NCBI GenBank assembly: GCA_001773575.1
Contig: MEXB01000009.1
Span: 7,441 to 71,440, forward strand
Source: Candidatus Adlerbacteria bacterium RIFOXYC1_FULL_48_26
GTDB lineage: Bacteria > Patescibacteriota > Minisyncoccia > Phycocordibacterales > SBAW01
DNA: 64,000 nucleotides
Direction: 5' to 3'
Made by a program: the position numbers and the translations under genes. A model generated the notes under the pieces. The model saw only the letters and a program-made list of their open reading frames with translations. It had not been told where the DNA came from and ran no database searches. Below, one piece after another: positions 55,760 through 64,000 of this stretch; position 1 is the first letter of the stretch; the number at the start of each line of letters is the position of its first letter.

Positions 55760-56905
55760 CTAGTGTCGATGTCCGTGAGAACCCGTGTGTGTTATAGATG
55801 ACACCTTCGACAACATCCACACTGCCACAAATGTTGTGATAGGTACGGCAAGAATAAGGCCGATGCTGCCTACAAGAATACGGACAATTTCTGTGGCAAA
55901 TAATTCGCTATTAAGTACAGAACTCAGGCTCGCACTTCCAGAATATGTTTGTGTCAGAAGTAAGAGCAACGGCAAGGCGACGCCGACGTATGCAATTGCC
56001 AACGTGTTTACTAAAGCGCCTATGTGTTCCCTACCGATGCGGATTGCTCGCTTATAGATATCAACACGGCTCATGTGTGTGCCTGCCAAAAATAATTCTT
56101 CTACAGCTATTGCCTGGCTAATAGCAATGTCGTACAGCACTCCAAGCAGACCTATCATAATGCCGCCAAAGAGAAGGCCTAGCATGTCGATACCGCCCTG
56201 CGTATTAAAGTTGAGATAAATACTCTCTTCGCTGCCATATCCGCTGAAATGCCCCATATGGACGACAGTGTATGCGAGAGCGCCGGTGATACTAACCGTA
56301 ATAAGCATGCCGATAACAGCCGCACTCGTGGTCTTGGTAAACCCGTGTGTGACATATGATCCCGCAATAATAATGAGCGACGCGACCCCGATACTCACAA
56401 GAATTGGGGAGTATCCGCTTAATATTCCTGGCAACAGTATGTAGAAAATTAAAATCAAACTACCAGCCAGACTCAAAAGCCCTCTGATACCCTGCACACC
56501 TCCGAACACAAAAAGCAGCATGAGAAAAAGAATTCCAAGCCATATAAGCAAGTCGAGACGGTACGCGTCTGACACAGTCCAATGGTCGGTTGCATCAAGT
56601 GGGTTACTGATATGCCGAACGTAGAAAATATCGCCCTCTTTTAATTGGGTGAAATTATTTTCAAACGTCGGTGTCTGTCCTTTATCCGGCCCTTCAAGTA
56701 CTTCTATTTTCAATGTCTGCACAGTGGCTGGGGTATCTGTCCCTGGAATAACTGTGTCGTGTTGATTAGTCATTTCCAAAACCCTAGCCTTCCCCACACT
56801 TATCGTGTCAGGCACTAATTCCTGGGCATGCGTAACGAAAGGAACTGCACCCAACAAGAGTGCAGTTCCTAGACCTATGTAGAGTATGCGCTTCATTCGA
56901 AGCAT
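55760..56905 (-). CDS. YibE/F-family polytopic membrane protein
   Basis: 381 aa; signal peptide, extracellular N-domain, then ~8 TM with YibE/F-like pattern; C-terminal His-rich tail. Confidence 0.7.
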   Translation of the reverse strand: MLRMKRILYIGLGTALLLGAVPFVTHAQELVPDTISVGKARVLEMTNQHDTVIPGTDTPATVQTLKIEVLEGPDKGQTPTFENNFTQLKEGDIFYVRHISNPLDATDHWTVSDAYRLDLLIWLGILFLMLLFVFGGVQGIRGLLSLAGSLILIFYILLPGILSGYSPILVSIGVASLIIIAGSYVTHGFTKTTSAAVIGMLITVSITGALAYTVVHMGHFSGYGSEESIYLNFNTQGGIDMLGLLFGGIMIGLLGVLYDIAISQAIAVEELFLAGTHMSRVDIYKRAIRIGREHIGALVNTLAIAYVGVALPLLLLLTQTYSGSASLSSVLNSELFATEIVRILVGSIGLILAVPITTFVAVWMLSKVSSITHTGSHGHRH

Positions 56906-56915
56906 GAGAGAGAAA

Positions 56916-57743
56916 TTATTGAACTGAAGTTGTGCTACTTGCAGTTGCGTTAGCGCCGACTGGGCCTATTTTCGCCAAGCCTTTCACTATTACATTGATG
57001 TCTGCGCGTGCAGCTTTAAGATCTGCCTCAACTGTTTTCAAGTTTGCACGAGCCGCCTTAAGCGCCGCAGTGTTTGCTGCCATCTGCGCACTGTCTCCGG
57101 TGTCAGGAGTAAGAGAAGCAGTAGAGGAAACGCTTGCCTGTGCCTGTGTGTTTGCATTGCTGATCTTTGTGGCAAGGTCATTAAGCGCTGTCTGAAGCGC
57201 AGTTACATCTGCACCTGCGTCTGCAGCAGCCTGAATGCGCGCAGCAAGTTTGTTACCAAGGGTCTGCATCATTGTTGAGATAGAAACTGCACGGTCTGCA
57301 GCTGCGGCGATGTGGATTTGTGGCACCACGAGCGCGTACACACGGTACGACTGAGTGATTGACTGCACATCGGCCTTCAATGTTGCCTCATCTGTATCTG
57401 CTTGGATCTTTGCATCAAGAGCCTGGAATGCGCTTGTCTGTGTCTGGATCGCATTTGCCAAACTCTGCTTAAACGATGGAGTTACCTGCTGCATTGCCTG
57501 AACGCGTGCGTTTATAGAAGCGAGTGCGTCAACGCGGCGCTGAAGTTCTTGGTGTGCGCGATCTTTTTTCTTGTCCATTGCCGCAGTTGCAGCTGCGCTT
57601 GCTTTTACACTTGTGCTTGCAGCAGTAGTGCGGACTTCTGCTGAAACTCCAACATTAGCTGCACCAGTCTGAGCAGAAGCTACTACTGGAGCGAGAACAA
57701 CCAAACCGAGAGACGCTGCGAGGATATAAGGTAGTCTATTCAT
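56916..57743 (-). CDS. Secreted Ala/Gln-rich coiled-coil protein
   Basis: 275 aa; Sec signal peptide (…VVASA|QT); highly helical A/Q/T-rich. Confidence 0.5.
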   Translation of the reverse strand: MNRLPYILAASLGLVVLAPVVASAQTGAANVGVSAEVRTTAASTSVKASAAATAAMDKKKDRAHQELQRRVDALASINARVQAMQQVTPSFKQSLANAIQTQTSAFQALDAKIQADTDEATLKADVQSITQSYRVYALVVPQIHIAAAADRAVSISTMMQTLGNKLAARIQAAADAGADVTALQTALNDLATKISNANTQAQASVSSTASLTPDTGDSAQMAANTAALKAARANLKTVEADLKAARADINVIVKGLAKIGPVGANATASSTTSVQ

Positions 57744-57744
57744 A

Positions 57745-58035
57745 TTACTGGCTTATCTGCTTATCATTCATGCTTGAATCAACCCCTGCTGTATCGGTTG
57801 TGTATGCGCTGAGCTGTGCATCGATAGCTGCAGTGTCTTGTGAGATGGCTTCATCAGACGCATCGTTTGATGCGCTCATACCATTGATAGGCCCTGTCTC
57901 CTGCGTTGAGGTAGCGTTTTGATTTCCAAGCATAGGGTTAGCTTGTTTATTTGTAAGCCAACCGCTCCACCACAAAAGCCACGCGAGGGCTGCAATAACG
58001 ATTACTGCAAGGACCCATTTAATTGCCATAGACAT
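57745..58035 (-). CDS. Small membrane-anchored protein
   Basis: 96 aa; N-terminal TM (WVLAVIVIAALAWLLWW), acidic Ser/Thr-rich tail. Confidence 0.4.
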   Translation of the reverse strand: MSMAIKWVLAVIVIAALAWLLWWSGWLTNKQANPMLGNQNATSTQETGPINGMSASNDASDEAISQDTAAIDAQLSAYTTDTAGVDSSMNDKQISQ

Positions 58036-58088
58036 ACTATTTCTTCTTTGTTTTTAGACGTAATTTCGAATAATACCGCCCAAGTATA

Positions 58089-58472
58089 CTACAATTTCTT
58101 TGGATCTAGCTCGAGACACACAGAATTGACGCAGTAACGATTGCCCGTACCTGTTGGGCCATCAGGAAATATATGGCCTAAATGCGAGCCGCATTGAGCG
58201 CATGTGATTTCTTCACGATGCATCCCGTAAGAATCATCTACGGTTGTTTTAGTAGAGCCGGGAATTGCCTGGTCGAATGAAGGCCACCCTGTTCCAGAGT
58301 CGAACTTTGCATCTGAAGAAAATAGCGCATTTCCGCAGACTTTACAGCGATACATGCCGTCACGTTTTTCATGTAGAAGCTCACCTGAGAACGGCGCCTC
58401 CGTCCCCTTCTCTCTTAGAACGCGGTATTGCTCTGGAGTGAGCTTTTTCTTGAGCTCTTCTTCGTCCATCAT
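58089..58472 (-). CDS. msrB: Peptide-methionine (R)-S-oxide reductase MsrB
   Basis: 127 aa; two CxxC zinc pairs (CKVCGNALF, CAQCGSHLGHIF) and catalytic Cys (RYCVNSVCL). Confidence 0.85.
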   Translation of the reverse strand: MMDEEELKKKLTPEQYRVLREKGTEAPFSGELLHEKRDGMYRCKVCGNALFSSDAKFDSGTGWPSFDQAIPGSTKTTVDDSYGMHREEITCAQCGSHLGHIFPDGPTGTGNRYCVNSVCLELDPKKL

Positions 58473-59224
58473 CGTTGCTTGAAGTATATCATTTGGGTTT
58501 CTCCCCCAAGCCAGGTAGTAGTACTGCTTCCAGACACAGGAAATTGCTCACCAAGATATTTAGGCTTGCGCCCTGAGGCAATATCGAACGCAGCTTTTAA
58601 AGATGCAGGAATTTCTCGCAAGGAGTTATAGAAATATCTCTCCCCTTCCTGAGAAGCATCCACGCCGTATGCGTCCACACCAAGTGTGCGAGCAATAAAT
58701 ATCGCTCTAGGTAAGTGATATTGCTGCGTCACTATAAGCATATGAGAAACTCCGAACACATCTCGCGCACGGTACATACTGCTGTATGTATCAAAGCCAG
58801 CGTAGTCGAGGAAGATGTCGGCTTGAGGCACTCCAAGTGCGAGCAAATATTTACCCACTGGATACACCTCGTCATACTGGAGCGTACTGTTGTCGCCAGT
58901 TACTAAAATTTTTGAAACGACGCCAGACTGGTAGAGAGTTGCTGCGCGGTCGGCGCGCTCTTTCATCACCGCAGACAACGTGCCGTTGGACATGACAGAA
59001 GCACCGAGCACAAGTGCCACTGGAGCCTTAGGAGGAGCCTCCTGGCGGCCATATATAAAGCGAACAGTGGAAATATCCACATACGCAACAACAAGTACGC
59101 ACGTAAAGACAAACAGGAAGGGCGCGAACAGCACCCATCGAAAAATCCCTTTTATCACAATGATTATTATAAAGCCTGCGTAAAACTTTTCGATCGGTTC
59201 TGGGGAACCGCGAGAAAGTTTCAC
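58469..59224 (-). CDS. SanA/YdcF (DUF218) family membrane-anchored protein
   Basis: 251 aa; N-terminal TM; DUF218 core ...KILVTGDNSTLQYDEV... Confidence 0.65.
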   Translation of the reverse strand: MKLSRGSPEPIEKFYAGFIIIIVIKGIFRWVLFAPFLFVFTCVLVVAYVDISTVRFIYGRQEAPPKAPVALVLGASVMSNGTLSAVMKERADRAATLYQSGVVSKILVTGDNSTLQYDEVYPVGKYLLALGVPQADIFLDYAGFDTYSSMYRARDVFGVSHMLIVTQQYHLPRAIFIARTLGVDAYGVDASQEGERYFYNSLREIPASLKAAFDIASGRKPKYLGEQFPVSGSSTTTWLGGETQMIYFKQR

Positions 59225-59235
59225 TTCGGCATCCT

Positions 59236-59913
59236 CTACATTAATTCTTCGTCTAGGGGAACCACTTCTGTCATTTGCATCTGCGGCGCTGGGATAATAC
59301 AGAGCACTTTCCCTGCGATTTTAAAATCTTCTTTCAAGATAATTGGTTTGAATTTAGGATCTTTTGATTCTGGCCAGAGAATGACCATACCGTCGCGTTT
59401 CTCCAGACGTTTAACCGTAACCATGTCGTTTACTATCGCCGCGACGCGGTCGCCATTTTGCACATCATCAGTAAAACGGATAAGAACATAGTCGCCAGTG
59501 TTAATACCTGCGTCGTTCATACTGTCGCCGATAGCGCGCACGGCAACAATGTCTCCATCCTCTTCATCAACGATACGTTTGTCTACTTCTAGAAATTCAT
59601 CTGCTCCTTGAGTGTTCTGCGCAAAGACACTGAGGTCGTCGCACCCAACATTGGCAATGACGGGGATGCTTACTGTCCCCCACGCACCATCAACATTGCG
59701 TAGCTCTATATTGCGAGAAGCATTTTTGCGGCGAACGATGTAGCCCTTTCTCTCTAAGATGTCTAAATATTGAGTAACGGTGCGAAGCGAGTTAAAACCG
59801 AGCGCTGAACGTAGCTGTTCCAGCGTTGGAGACTGGTTTTGCGTGTACATGTAGTCCCTGAGAGTGCTAAGTACGCGCTGCTGCTTAAATGTTAGGAGGT
59901 TTTGTATTTGCAT
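59236..59913 (-). CDS. lexA: LexA repressor (S24 peptidase with N-terminal wHTH)
   Basis: 225 aa; Ala-Gly cleavage region VIANVGCDD..., catalytic Ser GDSMNDAGINTGD and Lys VKRL. Confidence 0.85.
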   Translation of the reverse strand: MQIQNLLTFKQQRVLSTLRDYMYTQNQSPTLEQLRSALGFNSLRTVTQYLDILERKGYIVRRKNASRNIELRNVDGAWGTVSIPVIANVGCDDLSVFAQNTQGADEFLEVDKRIVDEEDGDIVAVRAIGDSMNDAGINTGDYVLIRFTDDVQNGDRVAAIVNDMVTVKRLEKRDGMVILWPESKDPKFKPIILKEDFKIAGKVLCIIPAPQMQMTEVVPLDEELM

Positions 59914-59980
59914 ACACCAATACTAACACTAATTACTGCGTGCAATACACAAGATACACTAATGTGTGGATATCTTCGCG

Positions 59981-60310
59981 CTAGCTTTCGTGATGATGAG
60001 CGTGTTTGTGATGCTGTGGGCCCTTGGTAAAAAGCTGGTCGAAGCGCAACTTTGCGAAACCAAACAAGTACACGATCTCCAAAATACCTAGGGTGTTAAT
60101 GAGGAGTATGGCGAGAAACCACCATGGCTGGCCATTGCGTGAGGCGTGCCATAGAGCCAAACCCTTCCATACCATTGACCAAAGCACCGCAATAAAGACC
60201 AGCCCACCAACTGCACCTACAGCGAGCGGAGCGTTAATAAACCAAGCCTGATTCATGCCCCAATCATGCGTATACATATATCGTAAGTATACAACGCTCT
60301 TATCCGTCAA
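59981..60310 (-). CDS. DUF5652-family small membrane protein
   Basis: ...VWKGLALWHASRNGQPWWF... characteristic; real start may be MNQAWF (60256). Confidence 0.5.
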   Translation of the reverse strand: MTDKSVVYLRYMYTHDWGMNQAWFINAPLAVGAVGGLVFIAVLWSMVWKGLALWHASRNGQPWWFLAILLINTLGILEIVYLFGFAKLRFDQLFTKGPQHHKHAHHHES

Positions 60311-60318
60311 CTATATAT

Positions 60319-61308
60319 ATGACACCATTTAAAAAAGGCCTCGTTTCTCTAGCAATTATCGGTAGCGTATTGGCTCCCGCATCTGGCGCGTTTGCCCAAA
60401 CGTATTCGACTATTTCAGCTCAGGTTGTTAATACCAACTGTCCAGTACTGAACTACGACCTCTACTACGGAATGGTCAATAGCGATGTCGTGGCGCTGCA
60501 ATCCTTCTTAGCTGTGCAAGGATACTTCCATTCAACCCCTATCGGTGTCTTTGGCCCACTGACATACCGCGCGGCACAGAACTTCCAAGCAGCTCACGGC
60601 ATTCCAGCAACTGGCTATGTTGGCCCACTTACACGTGCAGTGATCAACTCAATGCAGAACTGCAATAACCCTATGCCTCCAGTTCCGCCACCAACACCTG
60701 CGCCATTTATCCAGAACATTTCTCCATCATCTGGAACTGTGGGAACGAGTGTGACGCTTTCCGGCTACGGCTTCAGCAATAACAGCACTGTTGTGTTTGG
60801 TGGTAGCGGAATCTCAAACGTATATTCAAATGGCTCAAGTCTAACGTTTACTATTCCTGAATACACATCTGTATGTCCCCCAGGTGCATACTGCATTATG
60901 ATGGCGCGCCAGGTGACGCCAGGAACATACTCGATCTACGTTCAAAATCAAAACGGTACAAGTAACACAGTGAACTTTACTGTGACAAGCCAGGCAACGA
61001 CACAACCTCTTTCAATCACAGGTCTTGATGCGCCGGCAAGCGTACGTATTGGACAAGCAGCTACATGGACATTACGCACTAATGTAGAAAATTATGTTCC
61101 AGGTTCAACTCTTCGCTACTCAGTAACGTGGGGCGATGAAGGAGTCTATCCTACCTATGCATCGAACGCTTCTTCTCCAAACATACAAACAACTGCAAGC
61201 TTTACGCACACATATTTGATGGCTGGCACATATCGCCCAACCTTCACTGTCACAAACGACGCTGGGCAAACTGCCTCAGCAACTGCGACTGTGATTGTAG
61301 GGTATTAA
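60319..61308 (+). CDS. Secreted protein with peptidoglycan-binding (PG_binding_1-like) domain and Ig-like/PKD-like beta domains
   Basis: Signal peptide; DVVALQSFLAVQGYF...GPLTYRAAQNFQAAHGIPATGYVGPLT; Ser/Thr-rich beta modules. Confidence 0.6.
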   Translation: MTPFKKGLVSLAIIGSVLAPASGAFAQTYSTISAQVVNTNCPVLNYDLYYGMVNSDVVALQSFLAVQGYFHSTPIGVFGPLTYRAAQNFQAAHGIPATGYVGPLTRAVINSMQNCNNPMPPVPPPTPAPFIQNISPSSGTVGTSVTLSGYGFSNNSTVVFGGSGISNVYSNGSSLTFTIPEYTSVCPPGAYCIMMARQVTPGTYSIYVQNQNGTSNTVNFTVTSQATTQPLSITGLDAPASVRIGQAATWTLRTNVENYVPGSTLRYSVTWGDEGVYPTYASNASSPNIQTTASFTHTYLMAGTYRPTFTVTNDAGQTASATATVIVGY

Positions 61309-61349
61309 AAAGAAAAGACCCCTCACCGCACCGAAGTGCTAAGTGAGGG
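61306..61349. terminator. Rho-independent terminator (mainly for minus-strand mini-gene P3 / E1-E2 transcript)
   Basis: Plus AAAAAGAAAAGA-CCCCTCAC-loop-GTGAGGGG; the T-run lies on the minus-strand side. Confidence 0.7.
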
Positions 61350-61395
61350 GCTAGTTTAGGGAACCCACTCGTACGCGTACGCTACTGAAGCCGCG

Positions 61396-61575
61396 CTAGC
61401 CGAGCGTGGGATGGAAGCTGAGTTCGTTGCTCGGGTCGGTGCCACGCTCCTGCGCGCCACCGCTGCTGCTCGCCGAATGTGCGCCGGTGCCGCCGAGATG
61501 AGCCTGGACCTCAGCCGTCGTCATCACCGTCGCACCTTCACCCAAACGGGCCGTGAGGGCCGATTGCATATTCAT
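61396..61575 (-). CDS. GC3-rich mini-gene P3 (59 aa, Gly/Ser/Ala-rich, ends ...HPTLG)
   Basis: SD GGAGG 6 nt before ATG (MNMQ...); 80 nt downstream of E1-like gene with no terminator between; strong terminator after stop. Confidence 0.5.
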   Translation of the reverse strand: MNMQSALTARLGEGATVMTTAEVQAHLGGTGAHSASSSGGAQERGTDPSNELSFHPTLG

Positions 61576-61654
61576 AACCGTCCTCCGTTTGTACTCCGAC
61601 CATCTCAAGGATGGCCTTTCTAACAGTAGCAACCAGAACTAGCCCGTCAAGTGT

Positions 61655-62353
61655 TTACCACTGGAACGTCTGTACTTCGTGGGAAACCATGTCGACGCGC
61701 ATTTGATTGTTCAACAAATCATCCGCTCCACTGCGAATGGCATGGAAGCGCACCATCTCCCACACAGCATCGCTTGCTGCACGCACGACTGTCGTGGGGA
61801 TAGCGATATGCCCTCCGCACCCGCCAATAAGATTGTCTCCCTGCTCGTCGGGATACCAGTACCTTTCCCACTGCTCGATGTGAGAAGCGTTGTTAGGGTC
61901 GATGACATGCGTGATGATATGGGTCGCATCCATGCGCGTTTCGATGAACAGCGTTATCTGGTCGTTCTGCTTGATACAGCTTTCCCAGATACTCTTACGC
62001 GTTTTCATGCTATCGAGACACGCGAAGACTACGCCTGCAAGAGGCCTGTAGCCATCAACAAATTCCCGATGTTCATGAATTTGTGCACCTGTCCATTGCT
62101 CTGCGAGCCGGACAAGCGCCTCCGTTTTGTACATACCAACATGATTCATCCCATACACTTGGTTGGGAGGATTATGTGAGGCAACTGTATCGCCATCCCA
62201 CACATGAAGTTCGTTTTGATGACCGCATCCGAACCTGACTAGAAGTTCGGCGACACGGCCACCGATTCCGCCCACGCCGATCACATGGATTGGATCCTTG
62301 AACGTCGTGTGATCGAAGATGGCGTCATGGCGTCTGGTGTCATAAACCATCAC
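61655..62353 (-). CDS. E1-like ThiF/MoeB/HesA-family adenylyltransferase (ubiquitin-activating-enzyme fold)
   Basis: 232 aa; Rossmann HVIGVGGIGGRVAELLVRFG; DGDTVASHNPPNQ matching DxDxVexSNLNRQ; Cys-containing ACLDSMKTRK region. Confidence 0.8.
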   Translation of the reverse strand: MMVYDTRRHDAIFDHTTFKDPIHVIGVGGIGGRVAELLVRFGCGHQNELHVWDGDTVASHNPPNQVYGMNHVGMYKTEALVRLAEQWTGAQIHEHREFVDGYRPLAGVVFACLDSMKTRKSIWESCIKQNDQITLFIETRMDATHIITHVIDPNNASHIEQWERYWYPDEQGDNLIGGCGGHIAIPTTVVRAASDAVWEMVRFHAIRSGADDLLNNQMRVDMVSHEVQTFQW

Positions 62354-62974
62354 TTACTCCTGTATTTCATCCAAGGGCCATTTTTCAACAGTGGCACTTG
62401 GATATTGTCCCGGATTAGCGCTGAACACTGCGGCCAGCAAGATTCGACATGCCTCCAGCAAATTACCATCTGCAATGGCGGTTTTGATCTGCACAGCTCC
62501 GTCGGTCATACAGATGGCTCCATACTCACTTATATGAGGATGGTGGTATAGACCAGTTCCAAACTGCTCCATTCCGGTATCCTCCATTCCGGTCAACGGA
62601 GTAAGGTTCTGGAACGTATATTCTTTCATTTCTACATTGAGAGTAATGATGAACTCCCCAATCTTGCGCCACATTTTGTTATTGTCTTGCAAGCGCACGA
62701 GGTGCGTCCCCAAAAGCAACTCCCCTGCCGCAAAGTTGATAGCAACACACTGCAACTGAGGGTTACGGACAAGTTGAACGAAGTCATCAAATCCTTTTTT
62801 GAAGACCACCTCTTTCTCAGCATCATCCTTCACATGGGTTGAGCACAGCGTCGCAAACCCATTTCTAACGGTCTCATCGATTCCTACGGTTTCAACAATT
62901 TCCGGAACTGTGGGTTTTGCAGGATTTTCCGTGATGGAGTTCTTTCTTTTCCTCCAGCCGCTGAACACACTCAT
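62354..62974 (-). CDS. E2-like (UBC-fold) protein with HPN-type motif and candidate catalytic Cys
   Basis: 206 aa; YHHPHISEYGAICMTDG matches UBC HPNI-x3-G-x-IC-LD; abuts E1-like gene with no gap; N-terminal ~50-aa extension. Confidence 0.55.
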   Translation of the reverse strand: MSVFSGWRKRKNSITENPAKPTVPEIVETVGIDETVRNGFATLCSTHVKDDAEKEVVFKKGFDDFVQLVRNPQLQCVAINFAAGELLLGTHLVRLQDNNKMWRKIGEFIITLNVEMKEYTFQNLTPLTGMEDTGMEQFGTGLYHHPHISEYGAICMTDGAVQIKTAIADGNLLEACRILLAAVFSANPGQYPSATVEKWPLDEIQE

Positions 62975-63070
62975 ATGTCCCTCCTGAAGTTTGGGTTTAT
63001 AGTCTCAACGTTCTTCTGTGGGCATACTACAACTTAGGGTTCTTCTTGAACAGTGAAGAGTCTGTCGTAT

Positions 63071-63373
63071 TTATATCCCCCGCAGGGCGCTAAAAATGAA
63101 GGCGACGAGCTCTATAAGTAGCCAACCGATAATGGCGTAGGCGATCATTGCAAGAACAGCAACGACATCTATAAATGCATTGGGGGTGAAATATATTCCA
63201 GGAAACGCACCTATAAATGGCCCAATAAATACTGCGCTGGTGTTGTATACCCATGCGACGAAGGATGAGCTGGAGCTGGCTCCAAACAATTCAAGTCCGA
63301 AGCGCAACAACAATATAAATTCGATTACTCCAATAACCGCATTAATAAGGCGTGCAATAAAAAATGATGACAT
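63071..63373 (-). CDS. YggT-family small membrane protein
   Basis: 100 aa; two TM helices; resembles YggT/Ycf19 pattern. Confidence 0.5.
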   Translation of the reverse strand: MSSFFIARLINAVIGVIEFILLLRFGLELFGASSSSSFVAWVYNTSAVFIGPFIGAFPGIYFTPNAFIDVVAVLAMIAYAIIGWLLIELVAFIFSALRGI

Positions 63374-63418
63374 AGAGAGACTTTACCCCCTCCTAGATGG
63401 AGAACTCATGAAGACGAG

Positions 63419-64000
63419 TTAGCGGCCCAACACTAGTGTGCGGCGGATCTGGTCGAACTGGGCAACAAGTGCAGCGTGGTCAAACGCGACGCGCGTGCCC
63501 GCTGGGTAGTTTGCGAGCTGGGTCGAGTGGATCATATAACGGATTGCTGTGCATGGAATAGTGCCTGGAATTGCATAGACGATCTCTTCGTAGAGGTTGC
63601 CTGCTCCTGCACCGCCCCCAGTAGCCACTGAATATTCGACGCTGTTCTCTGTAACTGTGCCTGGATTCTTTGCATCATCGAGGAAAAGATTTGCGGAACA
63701 CGCATCCACATTTGGCAGTTGTTCAACTGAAAGGTATGTATCTGAACTCAAGTTCGTGCCCGTGGCCATTGTTGTCGGAATGGTAAATTTTACGCCGTTG
63801 ATTTCTAAGCCAGGACCCATAGCCTGGTACTGATACGAAGCATCTACTGTGTACTCCATTGGGTAAAGAATAGAAAAACCAAATTTAGATGACGCATATG
63901 CCTTCCAGCTTTCTTGTTCTGTTGTTCGAGTGCTTACTTCAATACAACCTGTATATGTTTGTTTCCCTTTTTCTTGTACAAAAGCTGTGTTGCCCTTGTT
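63419..64000 (-). CDS. Hypothetical protein, 5' partial (reading frame stays open to window edge)
   Basis: Minus-strand frame of the 146-aa ORF has no stop between 63859 and 64000 (…NKGNTAFVQEKGKQTYTGCIEV…SILYPMEYTV…); no SD before internal Met. Confidence 0.5.
   Translation of the reverse strand, partial: NKGNTAFVQEKGKQTYTGCIEVSTRTTEQESWKAYASSKFGFSILYPMEYTVDASYQYQAMGPGLEINGVKFTIPTTMATGTNLSSDTYLSVEQLPNVDACSANLFLDDAKNPGTVTENSVEYSVATGGGAGAGNLYEEIVYAIPGTIPCTAIRYMIHSTQLANYPAGTRVAFDHAALVAQFDQIRRTLVLGR

Noticed and set aside
59914-59980. Search for a LexA/SOS box upstream of lexA
   Set aside because: Only weak 4-bp inverted repeats (ACAC-N4-GTGT) and direct GTGTAT repeats were found, with no match to known CGAAC/CTGT-type boxes. 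Not reported as a site.

Overview
This 64-kb window looks like a compact, gene-dense bacterial chromosome segment of mid GC (high 40s % by eye). Several features recall Patescibacteria/CPR, possibly Saccharibacteria-like: very short intergenic gaps and frequent start/stop overlaps; a shortened ValRS and a HisRS-like gene that looks degenerate; sortase plus an LPXTG substrate; a type IV pilin; DUF5652; an O-antigen-ligase-TPR fusion; and GroES with a Lys-rich N-terminal extension. Most of the window is housekeeping: infB (C-terminal part), rbfA, gyrA, rpsA, pth, lepB, rpsU, ybeY, ftsA, ftsZ, trxB, tsaD, valS, lepA, murJ, zwf, groES/groEL, secG, rnj, msrB and lexA. There are 12 canonical tRNAs (Cys, Leu x2, Lys, Glu, Ser x2, Val, Phe, Arg, Gly), an RNase P RNA and many Rho-independent terminators. 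Accessory or unusual content includes: (i) an abutting E2-like (UBC HPN-Cys motif) / E1-like (ThiF/MoeB) gene pair followed by a GC-rich, Gly-terminated mini-gene, which is a candidate ubiquitin-like conjugation module; (ii) at least four short GC3-rich mini-genes, each with its own promoter, SD and terminator, scattered in islets and sharing a loose (V/L)DP(T/S)xA(D/N) motif; (iii) a self-contained promoter-SPFH-membrane-protein-terminator cassette next to a tRNA cluster; (iv) a FemAB-family gene embedded in a Leu-Lys-Leu tRNA cluster; (v) a tandem array of four pilin-like (TrbC/VirB2-like) small membrane proteins; (vi) a paralogous pair of ~85-90-aa proteins with a convergent 66-aa gene between them; (vii) an AT-rich orphan gene with an HEPN-like Rx4H motif next to gyrA; (viii) two related non-canonical tRNA-like elements, each with a long-range complementary partner. 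No CRISPR array, rRNA or obvious transposase was seen. All protein calls come from motif recognition in the supplied translations. No database search was run.
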